A stretch of DNA of 64,000 nt, taken from NCBI RefSeq assembly GCF_041392085.1, contig NZ_JAWKMW010000006.1, positions 154,714-218,713 of the forward strand. The letters are read 5' to 3'. Position 1 is the stretch's first letter; every line of letters starts with the position of its first letter. The stretch comes from Flavobacterium sp. Lineage in GTDB: Bacteria > Bacteroidota > Bacteroidia > Flavobacteriales > Flavobacteriaceae. Shown piece by piece: positions 1 to 9,451 of this stretch. The position numbers and the translations under genes are program-made. The notes under the pieces were generated by a model. The model did not search any database. It was given only the letters and a program-made list of their open reading frames with translations, and was not told the origin of the DNA.

Positions 1-466
1 TCTCTTCAACAGAAAAATTTTCTTTGAAAGAAGCTAATGAATAAGTGTCAATAACTTCAGCACCAAATCGTGGCAGCATATTTTTAACTACTTCCAACGA
101 ACTCATTCCTCCTCGGGCTCCATTTGAAGTACTCAACAAAAATACTTTTTTACCTTCTAAAAACTTTCTGTCCAATCGTGACAACCAATCCAATACATTT
201 TTAAAAAATGCAGACGGATTACCGTTATGTTCATTTACAGAAATTAACAAGCCCTTAGAAGACTGAATGTGTTTGTAAATTTGATTGATAGACGATGGAA
301 ATCCATTATCGCGTTGTTCATCTTCGCTATACACGATTAAATCCATATCGGATAATTTGAATAACTCGAAAGAACTTTCTGTTAATTGAGATGTCAAATA
401 GGTAACTAATTGATGATTAATTGAAGTAGAAGAATTACTTCCCGCAAAGGCTAATATAGTTGACAT
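1..466 (-). CDS. NADPH-dependent FMN reductase family protein (3' end runs off the window)
   Basis: Not in the ORF track. Hand translation from ATG at 466: MSTILAFAGSNSSTSINHQL...ISVNEHNGNPSAFFKNVLDWLSR...LLSTSNGARGG, the flavodoxin-like FMN reductase motifs. Confidence 0.9.
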   Translation of the reverse strand, partial: MSTILAFAGSNSSTSINHQLVTYLTSQLTESSFELFKLSDMDLIVYSEDEQRDNGFPSSINQIYKHIQSSKGLLISVNEHNGNPSAFFKNVLDWLSRLDRKFLEGKKVFLLSTSNGARGGMSSLEVVKNMLPRFGAEVIDTYSLASFKENFSVEE

Positions 467-632
467 AAAATTTATTTTTTTGTAAAGGTACGGAAGAAAA
501 AAATCCTTTTCAAATAAAGTGTCAAGGTTTAGTTTATCTCATACAAGTATAATTTATTTGGTAAATATTTTTTCTACAAGAGGTCAAAAAACTTTCTTTT
601 AAAAAGTAAAATTTTAATTTTACAGAAAAAAG

Positions 633-2294
633 ATGAAATATTCATATTTAGTACTTCTACTTATTACTCAATTAATTTCTGGTCAAAATTATACGCTAAC
701 TTATGAAAAGTGGAGTAACGGAACAAGAATTGAAAATCAAGACCCAATTTTAGTTTACACCAATTCTTTTTTAACTTTAGTTAGTTCGGAGGGAATATTT
801 TCCGGTAAAAATGATTTTCCATTAGAACAAATCTATATTGATAGAGCTAATCAAAACTTAATTCAATCGACTAAATTAAATCAAAATAAATCGATTGCCA
901 CTAAAGATTCATTAGCCTTAGGAAAACAAACTTTTGAATTATTAAATGAAACCAAAACCATTTTAGGTTATAAATGCAAAAAAGCAAAAACAATCATCAA
1001 TTCCAATACAATTGAATTATGGTATACCAACGACCTCAACGTAAAAGGTGCTCCAACCGTTTTGGGTCAGAATTTAGGATTGGTTTTAGAAATGACCCGC
1101 AATAATAACTTTGTGATTACCGCAACCAAAATTGAAAAACTAAAAAAATTACCAGCTCAAATTGCTTTACCAAACTCTAACTTCGCTGACGGATTAACCT
1201 ACCGTGATTTACTTTGGAAAAGCCGTTTTATCACACTTACTGTTTTTGAAAACGAAACAATTAATTTTTCAGATAAATCGAAGTCAAACGATAGTATTTT
1301 ACGATTTGCCAATGGAACCGTAATCTTGAGAAAAGTAAAATTTCCGGAAATTAAAAACGGAAGTCCGATTTTTGCCGAGTTAAAAACCAGTTCTACCGGC
1401 GATGCTTATGATAGAACAGGTTCACTATTTGTAATTCCAATGAAAGGAGAAAATACTTTTTTTAATGGTTTAAAGCATGGCATAAATACTTTACCCATTT
1501 ATCAAAACGGAAATGGAAAAATCTATCAAGGTGTTGCGTTAAAAGATGATTATCAACCTTTAACAGAGTTAATGCGTTTTTTTACGCCGTTTGGAATTAA
1601 GCAATACAATCATATTTCGTTAAAAGACAAAACGTGGTATAATGAAGTTCCGTACCGTCAAGACATTTCTGAATTGCAACCTATTTTAAGCGATCAAGAA
1701 ATGTGGGTAGGAGCTTTTATTGGAAATTATGACCAAGGCGGACATCGTGTTTCAGTAGAAATTACAATTCATCCACAAGAAAACGAAACTAAAAAAACAA
1801 CATTCGCTTTGCCTCTTTTTAATACGACTAATGTGATGGAAATGGGAGGACAAGAATATGCCACTATGTTTTCGGTTGAAAAAGGTTTGGAAGTTACTTT
1901 TAGTTTGGAAAAACCGATTAAAAATGCACAATTGCGATACATTACCACCGGACATGGCGGCTGGGAAAATGGTGATGAATTTGTGCCTAAGAAAAATAGT
2001 ATATACTTAGACGAACAACTTGCTTTTTCATTTATCCCTTGGCGACAAGATTGCGGTTCGTACAGGTTGTTTAATCCGGCTTCAGGGAATTTTAGCAATG
2101 GTTTATCGTCATCTGATTACAGCCGCTCCAATTGGTGTCCGGCTACGGTAACAAATCCAATGTTGATTGATTTGGGTGATTTATCAGCCGGAAAGCATTC
2201 CATTCGTATTCAAATTCCGCAAGGAAAACCAGAAGGAAATAGTTTCAGTGCTTGGAATGTTTCAGGAATAGTGTTAGGAGAACCGGTAGAGTAA
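633..2294 (+). CDS. Peptide-N-glycosidase F-II-like protein (N-terminal GLPGLI-type domain plus PNGase F domains)
   Basis: Signal peptide; GLPGLI-like segment (TKTILGYKCKKA...WYT...GAPTVLGQNLGLVLE); PNGase F motifs GDAYDRTG, ITTGHGG, GDEF, SRSNWCP. Confidence 0.85.
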   Translation: MKYSYLVLLLITQLISGQNYTLTYEKWSNGTRIENQDPILVYTNSFLTLVSSEGIFSGKNDFPLEQIYIDRANQNLIQSTKLNQNKSIATKDSLALGKQTFELLNETKTILGYKCKKAKTIINSNTIELWYTNDLNVKGAPTVLGQNLGLVLEMTRNNNFVITATKIEKLKKLPAQIALPNSNFADGLTYRDLLWKSRFITLTVFENETINFSDKSKSNDSILRFANGTVILRKVKFPEIKNGSPIFAELKTSSTGDAYDRTGSLFVIPMKGENTFFNGLKHGINTLPIYQNGNGKIYQGVALKDDYQPLTELMRFFTPFGIKQYNHISLKDKTWYNEVPYRQDISELQPILSDQEMWVGAFIGNYDQGGHRVSVEITIHPQENETKKTTFALPLFNTTNVMEMGGQEYATMFSVEKGLEVTFSLEKPIKNAQLRYITTGHGGWENGDEFVPKKNSIYLDEQLAFSFIPWRQDCGSYRLFNPASGNFSNGLSSSDYSRSNWCPATVTNPMLIDLGDLSAGKHSIRIQIPQGKPEGNSFSAWNVSGIVLGEPVE

Positions 2295-2339
2295 AATTCC
2301 CTACCGATTTCCCTTCAATCAACCAATCAACTAAAACAA

Positions 2340-2528
2340 TTAATCTTTTATTTTAAACACTTTCGTTAAAATATCATCCATTAAACACCATTTGGTTAAG
2401 GATGATTGTAATAAATTGGCTCCCACAAAAGCAGTAAACCACAACCAATTTTGGTTGACATAAATAGCCAGAAGTAAACTAATTAAAATAAACGTTCCGG
2501 CAATTCCGCGTACGATTCTGTTTTTCAT
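2340..2528 (-). CDS. DUF2892/YgaP-like small membrane protein
   Basis: Likely start ATG 2528: MKNRIVRGIAG...FVGANLLQSSLTKWC, two TM helices and the conserved terminal Cys. The longer ORF start lies in an intergenic repeat. Confidence 0.8.
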   Translation of the reverse strand: MKNRIVRGIAGTFILISLLLAIYVNQNWLWFTAFVGANLLQSSLTKWCLMDDILTKVFKIKD

Positions 2529-2534
2529 TTTTTT

Positions 2535-2623
2535 TAAGATTCTAAGGTTCTGAGGCCCTAAGGTTCTGAGGTTGGAGACTATTATTAATTTAGTCCCTAA
2601 GTTCCTCAGCACCTTGGTACCTT
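2535..2623. repeat. 8-nt periodic repeat array with an inverted arm
   Basis: taagattc-taaggttc-tgaggccc-taaggttc-tgaggttg (2535-2574), then reverse-oriented units ccctaagt-tcctcagc-accttggt-acctt (2595-2623). Confidence 0.75.
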
Positions 2624-2929
2624 CTATATAAATTTTTCGATGTTAAAAGTGGCCAAATGCATTTTGGATTTGGTTTCTAATTCTTGATTGAAAGCGAGAA
2701 TTAATGCATATAATTTTTCTAAATTTTCTATTGGAACAAAAGCATAAAAAGCAATCGATTCATTTTCGTTTACTTCGCTGCCAAACCAATTGGAAGCTAA
2801 TGCTTCTTCTGATACATCTTTAAATCCGGTTACGTTACGATACGAATAGGTTTTTACACCGGATTCTTTAAGCAAATGCTGTATCTCTCTTTTGAAAGAA
2901 TGGACAGCGGTTATAAGGACTAATTTCAT
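2624..2929 (-). CDS. P-II-like (GlnB-fold) small protein in the RND operon
   Basis: 101 aa; MKLVLIT...IQHLLKESGVKTYSYRNVTGF parallels the GlnB N-terminal beta-alpha-beta pattern. Confidence 0.55.
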   Translation of the reverse strand: MKLVLITAVHSFKREIQHLLKESGVKTYSYRNVTGFKDVSEEALASNWFGSEVNENESIAFYAFVPIENLEKLYALILAFNQELETKSKMHLATFNIEKFI

Positions 2930-2934
2930 TTTTT

Positions 2935-3000
2935 TAAGGTGCTAAGGTTCTAAGGTTTACTAATTACTATTCACTAAGGACTATTCACTAAAGACTAATC
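2935..3000. repeat. Adjacent 8-nt and 7-nt tandem repeat arrays
   Basis: taaggtgc-taaggttc-taaggttt, then actaatt-actattc-actaagg-actattc-actaaag-actaatc. Confidence 0.75.
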
Positions 3001-6000
3001 ACTTTTCTTTTCCCATTTCTTCCGTTCAGTAATGTAATAAATTAAGGGTACTACAATTAATGTTAACAAAGTAGAAACAATCGCTCCCGCCACTAACGAA
3101 ATCGCTAATCCTTGGAAAATCGGGTCAAACAGAATAATTGAGGCTCCAATGACTACGGCTCCGGTGGTTAACAAAATAGGCGTGGTTCGCACCGCTCCGG
3201 CTTCGATTATGGCTTGTTTGATTTCGATACCGTCATTTAATCTGATTTCGATAAAGTCGATTAAGAGAACCGAGTTTCGCACCATCACTCCGGCTAAAGC
3301 AATCATACCGATGAAGGATGTGGCAGTAAAGAATGCTCCTAACAACCAGTGACCTAAAACAATTCCCACCAAGGAAAGCGGAATCGCCACCATCATCACA
3401 ATGGGTGTTTTAAAGTTTTGGAACCAACCAACAATCAACATATAGATAATGATGATAACCACTAAAAAGGCAGCTCCTAAATCACGGAAAACTTCTAACG
3501 TAATTTGCCATTCTCCGTCCCACTTTACGGTGAAATCATTTTCGTCTGTAGGCTGTTCCATATACAATTCGTTTACTTTATACCCTTTCGGAAGTTGCAT
3601 TTTTTCTAATTTCTCATTCATCCCTAAAATGGCGTACACCGGACTTTCCAATGCTCCTGCCATATCGGCTAATACATACACTACTCGTTTTTGATCCTTA
3701 CGGTAAATCGTATTTTGCAAGGTATCGGTTGTTACTTTAACCAAATCACTTACAGGAACAACATTGCCTCTACTTCCTTTAATTTTTACATTTTGAAGAT
3801 CTTCGATGGAGGTTTTATCTGCATCGTTTAAGGATAAAGTAATACCAACCGGATTGTTAGAACGTTCGTCATACAAATTGGAAACAGGTATTTCTCGCAA
3901 TAAATACGTCAAATTACCCACCACTTGCTGTGGAGCAATTCCGTTTAACATGGCTTTCTCTCGGTCAATTTCCAATTTGTATTCTACTTGAGGAGCTTCT
4001 ACCATCCAATCGGTGTCCACCACATCGGAAGTATTTTCCAAGATGGATTTCACTTGATTAGCCACTTTAATTTGTTCTTGATAATCAGGTCCGTAAACCT
4101 CTGCCACCAAAGTTGAAAGCACCGGTGGTCCGGGTGGAACTTCAACAATTTTTACATTGGCTCCATACTTTTTAGCAATTTTTTGCACTTCCGGACGAAC
4201 CAATTTCGCCAAATCATGACTTTGTAAATCACGGTCTTCTTTGTGCAACAAATTCACTTGAATATCAGCCATGTTGCTTCCTCCACGCATATCATAATGA
4301 CGTACTAAACCATTGAAGGTTATTGGTGCAGAAGCCCCAATATAATTTTGATAATCTACTACTTCGGGAACGGTTGACAAGTATTGAGCAATTTCTTTGG
4401 TAACCGCTGCAGTGCGTTCTAAAGTAGTTCCTTCCGGCATATCAATTACCACTTGGAATTCATTTTTATTGTCAAACGGCAACATTTTTACGGCAACCGA
4501 TTTGGTAAAAAACATGACCACAGAACCTACTAATAATACAATAGTTACCAAGAACATTGCATTTCTTTTTTTTGAATTATCCAATAACGGTTGTTCTATT
4601 TTTTTGTAAATTCTATAAATCCAAGACGTTTCCAAACCTTGTTCTTCTTTGTGTTCTTGCTCCTCTTTTTCATGCAATAAATGATAGCCTAAATAAGGTG
4701 TTACGGTTAATGCTACGAATAAAGATAACAACATCGCAATAGATGCTCCTATAGGCATCGGACTCATGTAGGGTCCCATCATTCCGGACACAAAAGCCAT
4801 TGGAAGAATTGCCGCTATAACCGTGAATGTGGCCAAAATGGTTGGATTTCCTACTTCATTTATCGCATAAATCGCAGCTTGTTTAAATGGTAATCGCTTC
4901 ATTTTGAAATGCCTGTGCATGTTTTCGGCGATAATAATACTATCATCTACCACAATTCCCACCACAAAAACCAAAGCAAAAAGCGTGATTCGATTTAACG
5001 TGTAGCCTAACAAATAATAGCTAAACAAGGTCAAGGCAAACGTTAACGGAACAGAGAAGAATACGACCAAACCACCTCTCCATCCCATGGCCAACATTAC
5101 CAAAACTGTAACGGCTATAATAGCAACACCAAGATGCAATAATAACTCACCTACTTTGTGTGATGCCGTTTCACCGTAATTGCGGGTTACTTCTACCTGT
5201 ACGTCATCCGGAATAAGTGTTTTCTTTAATGCTTCTACTTTATCCAAGATTTTTTCGGCAATTTTCATCGCATCAGCCCCTTTTACTTTGGCAATTGAAA
5301 TGGTTACAGCGGGGTATTCTGAATTGTATTTTGTATATTTTTCATTGGCTTTTCCATAGCCAAATGAAACATAGTTTTTGGGTGTTTGCGGACCATCTTG
5401 AATGGAAGCCACCTGTTTTAAATAAACCGGTAAATTGTTGTTCACCCCAACCACTAAATTCTCAACATCCTCAGAAGTGGATAAAAATTTTCCGGTGGTG
5501 ACCAAATATTCTGTATCATTTTGCACAAACGCACCCGATTGTGAACTCCCGTTATTGGCTTGAATCATTTGCATGATACTTAGAGCATCCACTCCATTTT
5601 CTGCCATTTTATCTTTGTCTAAAACCACTTTCAATTCGCGTGTTCTTCCGCCAATTTCTTTGGTAATGGCTACATCTTTCACTTTTTCAATTTCAGATGT
5701 AACTTCTTCTGCTAACTGACGAATTTCAAAATCATCATATTTTTCACTCCATAACGTTAATCCCAACATCGGAACATCATCGATTGAGCGGGTTTTAACA
5801 ACTGGTTGCATTACCCCTGCTGGGAACATGTTGCGGTGTTTCATCAATTCATCGTACAATTTCACATACGAATCTTCACTGTTTTCACCTACATAAAATT
5901 GCACTACCATCATGGAGTACCCATTCATCGCCATGCTGTGAATATGTTCTACCCCTTTGATGTTACCGATTACTTTTTCTAACGGTTTCACCACTCTGCT

Positions 6001-6195
6001 TTCAATTTCAGATGGACTTGCTCCCGGATACATCACCATTACATCCGCCATGGGAACATTAATTTGTGGTTCTTCTTCTCGTGGAATTAAGAACGAACTA
6101 TACGTACCAATAATCATCAACGCAACCATCAATAGAATGGTTAGTTTTGAATTGATAAAGAAATTGGCAATTTTTCCTGATATACCTTCTTGCAT
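2995..6195 (-). CDS. RND efflux transporter permease (AcrB/CzcA superfamily)
   Basis: 1066 aa, RND topology, GIVVDDSIIIAEN in TM4, RTTPILLT in TM11. Confidence 0.95.
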   Translation of the reverse strand: MQEGISGKIANFFINSKLTILLMVALMIIGTYSSFLIPREEEPQINVPMADVMVMYPGASPSEIESRVVKPLEKVIGNIKGVEHIHSMAMNGYSMMVVQFYVGENSEDSYVKLYDELMKHRNMFPAGVMQPVVKTRSIDDVPMLGLTLWSEKYDDFEIRQLAEEVTSEIEKVKDVAITKEIGGRTRELKVVLDKDKMAENGVDALSIMQMIQANNGSSQSGAFVQNDTEYLVTTGKFLSTSEDVENLVVGVNNNLPVYLKQVASIQDGPQTPKNYVSFGYGKANEKYTKYNSEYPAVTISIAKVKGADAMKIAEKILDKVEALKKTLIPDDVQVEVTRNYGETASHKVGELLLHLGVAIIAVTVLVMLAMGWRGGLVVFFSVPLTFALTLFSYYLLGYTLNRITLFALVFVVGIVVDDSIIIAENMHRHFKMKRLPFKQAAIYAINEVGNPTILATFTVIAAILPMAFVSGMMGPYMSPMPIGASIAMLLSLFVALTVTPYLGYHLLHEKEEQEHKEEQGLETSWIYRIYKKIEQPLLDNSKKRNAMFLVTIVLLVGSVVMFFTKSVAVKMLPFDNKNEFQVVIDMPEGTTLERTAAVTKEIAQYLSTVPEVVDYQNYIGASAPITFNGLVRHYDMRGGSNMADIQVNLLHKEDRDLQSHDLAKLVRPEVQKIAKKYGANVKIVEVPPGPPVLSTLVAEVYGPDYQEQIKVANQVKSILENTSDVVDTDWMVEAPQVEYKLEIDREKAMLNGIAPQQVVGNLTYLLREIPVSNLYDERSNNPVGITLSLNDADKTSIEDLQNVKIKGSRGNVVPVSDLVKVTTDTLQNTIYRKDQKRVVYVLADMAGALESPVYAILGMNEKLEKMQLPKGYKVNELYMEQPTDENDFTVKWDGEWQITLEVFRDLGAAFLVVIIIIYMLIVGWFQNFKTPIVMMVAIPLSLVGIVLGHWLLGAFFTATSFIGMIALAGVMVRNSVLLIDFIEIRLNDGIEIKQAIIEAGAVRTTPILLTTGAVVIGASIILFDPIFQGLAISLVAGAIVSTLLTLIVVPLIYYITERKKWEKKSD

Positions 6196-6200
6196 AATTT

Positions 6201-6269
6201 TAATGTGTTAATTTGACAATGTGTCAATATGTCAATTTGCTAATCGGCTAATTGACCAATTGGCTAATT
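6201..6269. repeat. 8-nt periodic repeat array
   Basis: taatgtgt-taatttga-caatgtgt-caatatgt-caatttgc-taatcggc-taattgac-caattggc-taatt fills the gap between adaptor and permease genes. Confidence 0.75.
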
Positions 6270-7346
6270 AATTTGAACTTTCGCTCCGTTGAACAATTTC
6301 CCTTCAGCTGAAACGATATATGGTTCTTTAGAAGATAAGCCAGAGAGAACTTCTACTTTATCACCGTAATTTTTTCCGATGCGTAACCATCTTAAAATGG
6401 CAACATTTCCACTTCCAACGGTATAAATTCCGGTAAGCTGACCTTGTTTTACTAATGCCGATTCGGGAACTAAAACTTGTTCTGAACCTTCATTTACAAC
6501 TGATGTTTTTTCAATCGGAAATTGCACGTTGACAAACATTCCGGAAAGAATGGTTTTATCCATTTCATCTAAATTGACTTTCACTAAATATTGACCGCCT
6601 GTGTTTTTGGCTGATAGACTCACTTCCGTCACTTTTCCAGACACTTTTTTATTTAATGATTTTAGGATAACCGAAACAGCCATACTTTGTTTGATTTTTG
6701 AAATATCACTTTCAGAAACCATTGCGGTTACTTGCAATTTTCCAGAACCTTCCACACTAACCAATGGCATTCCCGGATTGGCCATATCGCCTTCTTTGAT
6801 AAATGTGTTGGTTACCACGCCGCCAAAAGGAGCTGTAATGTTGGCATAACTAAATTGAGCCATGACTTCGTTTCGCATTTGTTTGGCACCTTCTAAACCG
6901 GCTTTTGCCATTTCAAAACGAGCAGTCATATCGTCTAATTCTTTTTGTGAAGCACTTTGTTGATTGAACAATGCTACAAAACGATCATAATCTTTTTTGG
7001 CATTGTTATAACCAGCAGTTGCTTGTAAAATGGCTGCATCAACTTGTGCTTTTTTGGCTTGTAAATCGGTGTTGTTAATGCTCACTAACAATTGACCTGC
7101 TCCTACTTTTTGACCTACTTTCACATGAACTTTGGTTACATAACCCATCATTCGGGTGCTGACATTGGCACTGTTTTCGGCTTCAATTTTACCACTTGCC
7201 GTTACAAATGGACTAGTTGAATTTTCGATTGAACCATTAACTTTTACTGCTATTGGAGGTAATTCTTTGGTTTCTTTTCTATCGTTTCCGCAGGAAAATA
7301 AAAGGACTGCTGAAAAAATAAGTAGAGATGTTATTTTGATTTTCAT
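6264..7346 (-). CDS. RND periplasmic adaptor (membrane fusion protein), lipoprotein
   Basis: Lipobox LFSC; lipoyl/barrel-sandwich motifs VKVGQKVGAGQLL and ITAPFGGVV. Confidence 0.93.
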   Translation of the reverse strand: MKIKITSLLIFSAVLLFSCGNDRKETKELPPIAVKVNGSIENSTSPFVTASGKIEAENSANVSTRMMGYVTKVHVKVGQKVGAGQLLVSINNTDLQAKKAQVDAAILQATAGYNNAKKDYDRFVALFNQQSASQKELDDMTARFEMAKAGLEGAKQMRNEVMAQFSYANITAPFGGVVTNTFIKEGDMANPGMPLVSVEGSGKLQVTAMVSESDISKIKQSMAVSVILKSLNKKVSGKVTEVSLSAKNTGGQYLVKVNLDEMDKTILSGMFVNVQFPIEKTSVVNEGSEQVLVPESALVKQGQLTGIYTVGSGNVAILRWLRIGKNYGDKVEVLSGLSSKEPYIVSAEGKLFNGAKVQIN

Positions 7347-7382
7347 AAGATTGAGATTTAGTTTTTTAATTTTTTGATGCTT

Positions 7383-8696
7383 TTATTTCGTTAAAAATTC
7401 CAAATACATTTTGGTGAAATTGTATTCAAAAACAGCTTGTAAATATTCCAATTCCTTTTGAGCCGTTTGTGTTTCCGTCATCAATAAATCAGACGTTTTT
7501 TCTAACCCTTGAGCAAAACGATTTTGACGAATTCTGAAACTTTCCTGGGTTTGTTCAAAAGCTAATTTAGAAAGTGATACTTTGTTTTGAGCATCGGCTA
7601 ATTGGCGATTGGTTTTATTCAATTCTAATTGACTTTGTTTTTTATATTGTTCGGCTTCCGTTGTTGCTTTTTGAAATTCAACTTTCAATTTTTCAAATTT
7701 CCCGATGGATTTGTAACCATTAAATAAATTCCAAGACAATTGAGCTCCTACTGTGTAGCCACTTGCTCCAAATTGAAAGATTTCGGTATCGTATAATTCA
7801 TAACTTCCAAATGCATTTAATCGAGGTAAAAAACTCATTCTACCGGAACGCATCATATTTTTATAAGCTTCAATAGACTTATCCATCGCTAAAAAATCTT
7901 TTCTTGATGTTGATAATTGAACGTTTTCTAATGATGGATTGACTTCGTTTTCTAAATTCTCAATCGGTTTATAAATGCCGCCTTTAGTATCTTCGTTCAA
8001 TAAGAAAGCTAAATAATCGGATGTATTTCGCACATTACTTTTGGCATAGGTAAGCTGGTTTGCGATTTCATTCACACGAACTTGCACATCCAACACATCT
8101 GTTTTTTGAAGCATTCCTTGTTTGAAATAATTGTTGACCAAATTCAAGTTGGCTTGAGCAGTTGCATTGGCTTTTTCTAAAACACCAACCGCTTTGAAGG
8201 CTAATTGAAGTTGCATAAAGGCTTTGTTTACCTCCAATTCTAAATATTCTTTGGTGCGTTCTGTTTGCAATTGATAGGCTTCCATTTTTGACTTGGCTGC
8301 TTTTCTTTCATACAAACCATCGGCATTAAAAATGGGTTGAAGCACTTCAATTCGGGTGGCATAATTTTGGACTTGCGAAGGATCATTCAACAAAGCAGGG
8401 TTAAAATCGGCTTGAGTCAAAATTTCTTGGTTCAATTTTGAACCAAAAGCCATCAATGGATTATTGGTAGAAATTGCCGTATGCGAAGCAGAAATACTTG
8501 GTAAAAAAAGTGCATTCGATTGACGATAATCCGAACGAGCCGATTCAAAAGTTTGATTTGAAATTTTGAGTTGCAAATTTTGTTCTGTCAATTTGGTTGA
8601 TAAATCGGTTTTGGATAGTTGTAAAGTATCTTGACCAATTGCGGATAAAGCAAGTAGTATCACCCCAATTGTTAGACTATTTTTTAGTTGTTTCAT
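7383..8696 (-). CDS. TolC family outer membrane efflux protein
   Basis: Signal peptide; two OEP repeats (LFLPSISAS, FLPRLNAFG); first gene of the RND operon. Confidence 0.92.
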   Translation of the reverse strand: MKQLKNSLTIGVILLALSAIGQDTLQLSKTDLSTKLTEQNLQLKISNQTFESARSDYRQSNALFLPSISASHTAISTNNPLMAFGSKLNQEILTQADFNPALLNDPSQVQNYATRIEVLQPIFNADGLYERKAAKSKMEAYQLQTERTKEYLELEVNKAFMQLQLAFKAVGVLEKANATAQANLNLVNNYFKQGMLQKTDVLDVQVRVNEIANQLTYAKSNVRNTSDYLAFLLNEDTKGGIYKPIENLENEVNPSLENVQLSTSRKDFLAMDKSIEAYKNMMRSGRMSFLPRLNAFGSYELYDTEIFQFGASGYTVGAQLSWNLFNGYKSIGKFEKLKVEFQKATTEAEQYKKQSQLELNKTNRQLADAQNKVSLSKLAFEQTQESFRIRQNRFAQGLEKTSDLLMTETQTAQKELEYLQAVFEYNFTKMYLEFLTK

Positions 8697-8719
8697 AGAA
8701 TTATTTCTTATTTATTACG

Positions 8720-8781
8720 CAAAATTAAGTCGACAAAAATCGGTGTGCAGTAACATTTGTTACTGTGTAACATAGGTTACA
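8720..8781 (-). promoter_or_regulatory. Promoter of the RND operon with two tandem GTAAC-N4-GTTAC boxes
   Basis: -7 element TAATTTTG (8727-8720); boxes at 8750-8763 (22 nt upstream) and 8767-8780. Confidence 0.7.
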
Positions 8782-8790
8782 ATCCTATTT

Positions 8791-8834
8791 ATGACATTTA
8801 TCATTTTTATTCGTCTTTTAATTAAAGATATTTG
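8791..8834 (+). promoter_or_regulatory. Crp/Fnr gene promoter with ATGA-N6-TCAT box
   Basis: ATGAcatttaTCAT 8791-8804, 22 nt, GATATTTG 8827-8834. Confidence 0.7.
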
Positions 8835-8854
8835 TGTCTTTAATTAAAATTGCG

Positions 8855-9451
8855 ATGCAAGTTGACATAGATTTACTTTTTACTTGGGGTGCTATCGCCA
8901 AAAAATATAAAAAAAACGATGTCATTTTTTATGAAGATGATATGGCTTTATTTTATTATCAAATTATAAAAGGTTCCGTTCGTATGTATAATTCGAATGA
9001 TGAAGGTAAAGAATTTACGCAAGGTGTTTTTTGTGAAGGAAATAGTTTTGGTGAACCTCCTTTGTTTATTAATGAAGTTTATCCAACTTCAGCAATTGCA
9101 TTACATGATAGTGTAATTATAAAATTATCAAAAGAAAAATTAATGAGAATTTTAGAAGATTATCCTTCAGTAAAACTCTCGTTCTTAGAATTATTGGCAC
9201 AACGCATTTATAATAAAACCATAACATTTAAACAAATCATTAATCAAAATCCAGAACATCGGATTAAATGTTTTTTAGAAAATTATAAAAAGCAAAATAA
9301 ATTAAGTTCTACTGAAAAAGTATTTATACCGTATACTCGACAAGAAATTGCAGATTTTACCGGATTGAGAGTTGAAACGGTCATAAGAACTCTTTCAGAG
9401 ATGAACAAATCTAAAAAAGTGAGCATCGAAAAACATAAATTATATTTTTAA
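8855..9451 (+). CDS. Crp/Fnr family transcriptional regulator (no Fnr Cys cluster)
   Basis: cNMP-binding-like domain (SFGEPPLF); HTH TRQEIADFTGLRVETVIR. Likely start ATG 8855, downstream of the promoter. Confidence 0.92.
   Translation: MQVDIDLLFTWGAIAKKYKKNDVIFYEDDMALFYYQIIKGSVRMYNSNDEGKEFTQGVFCEGNSFGEPPLFINEVYPTSAIALHDSVIIKLSKEKLMRILEDYPSVKLSFLELLAQRIYNKTITFKQIINQNPEHRIKCFLENYKKQNKLSSTEKVFIPYTRQEIADFTGLRVETVIRTLSEMNKSKKVSIEKHKLYF

Noticed and set aside
45-266. 73-aa plus-strand ORF
   Set aside because: Antisense shadow of the FMN reductase on the minus strand.
2529-2612. N-terminal extension of the 90-aa ORF
   Set aside because: It is a translation of the 8-nt repeat array; the family-like sequence starts at 2528.
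2535-6269. Repeat arrays as a CRISPR array
   Set aside because: Units are 7-8 nt with no spacers, and there are no cas genes.
3149-7377. Several short plus-strand ORFs inside the RND operon, and similar ones inside other genes
   Set aside because: Antisense or alternative-frame shadows of well-supported genes, with no recognisable motifs.
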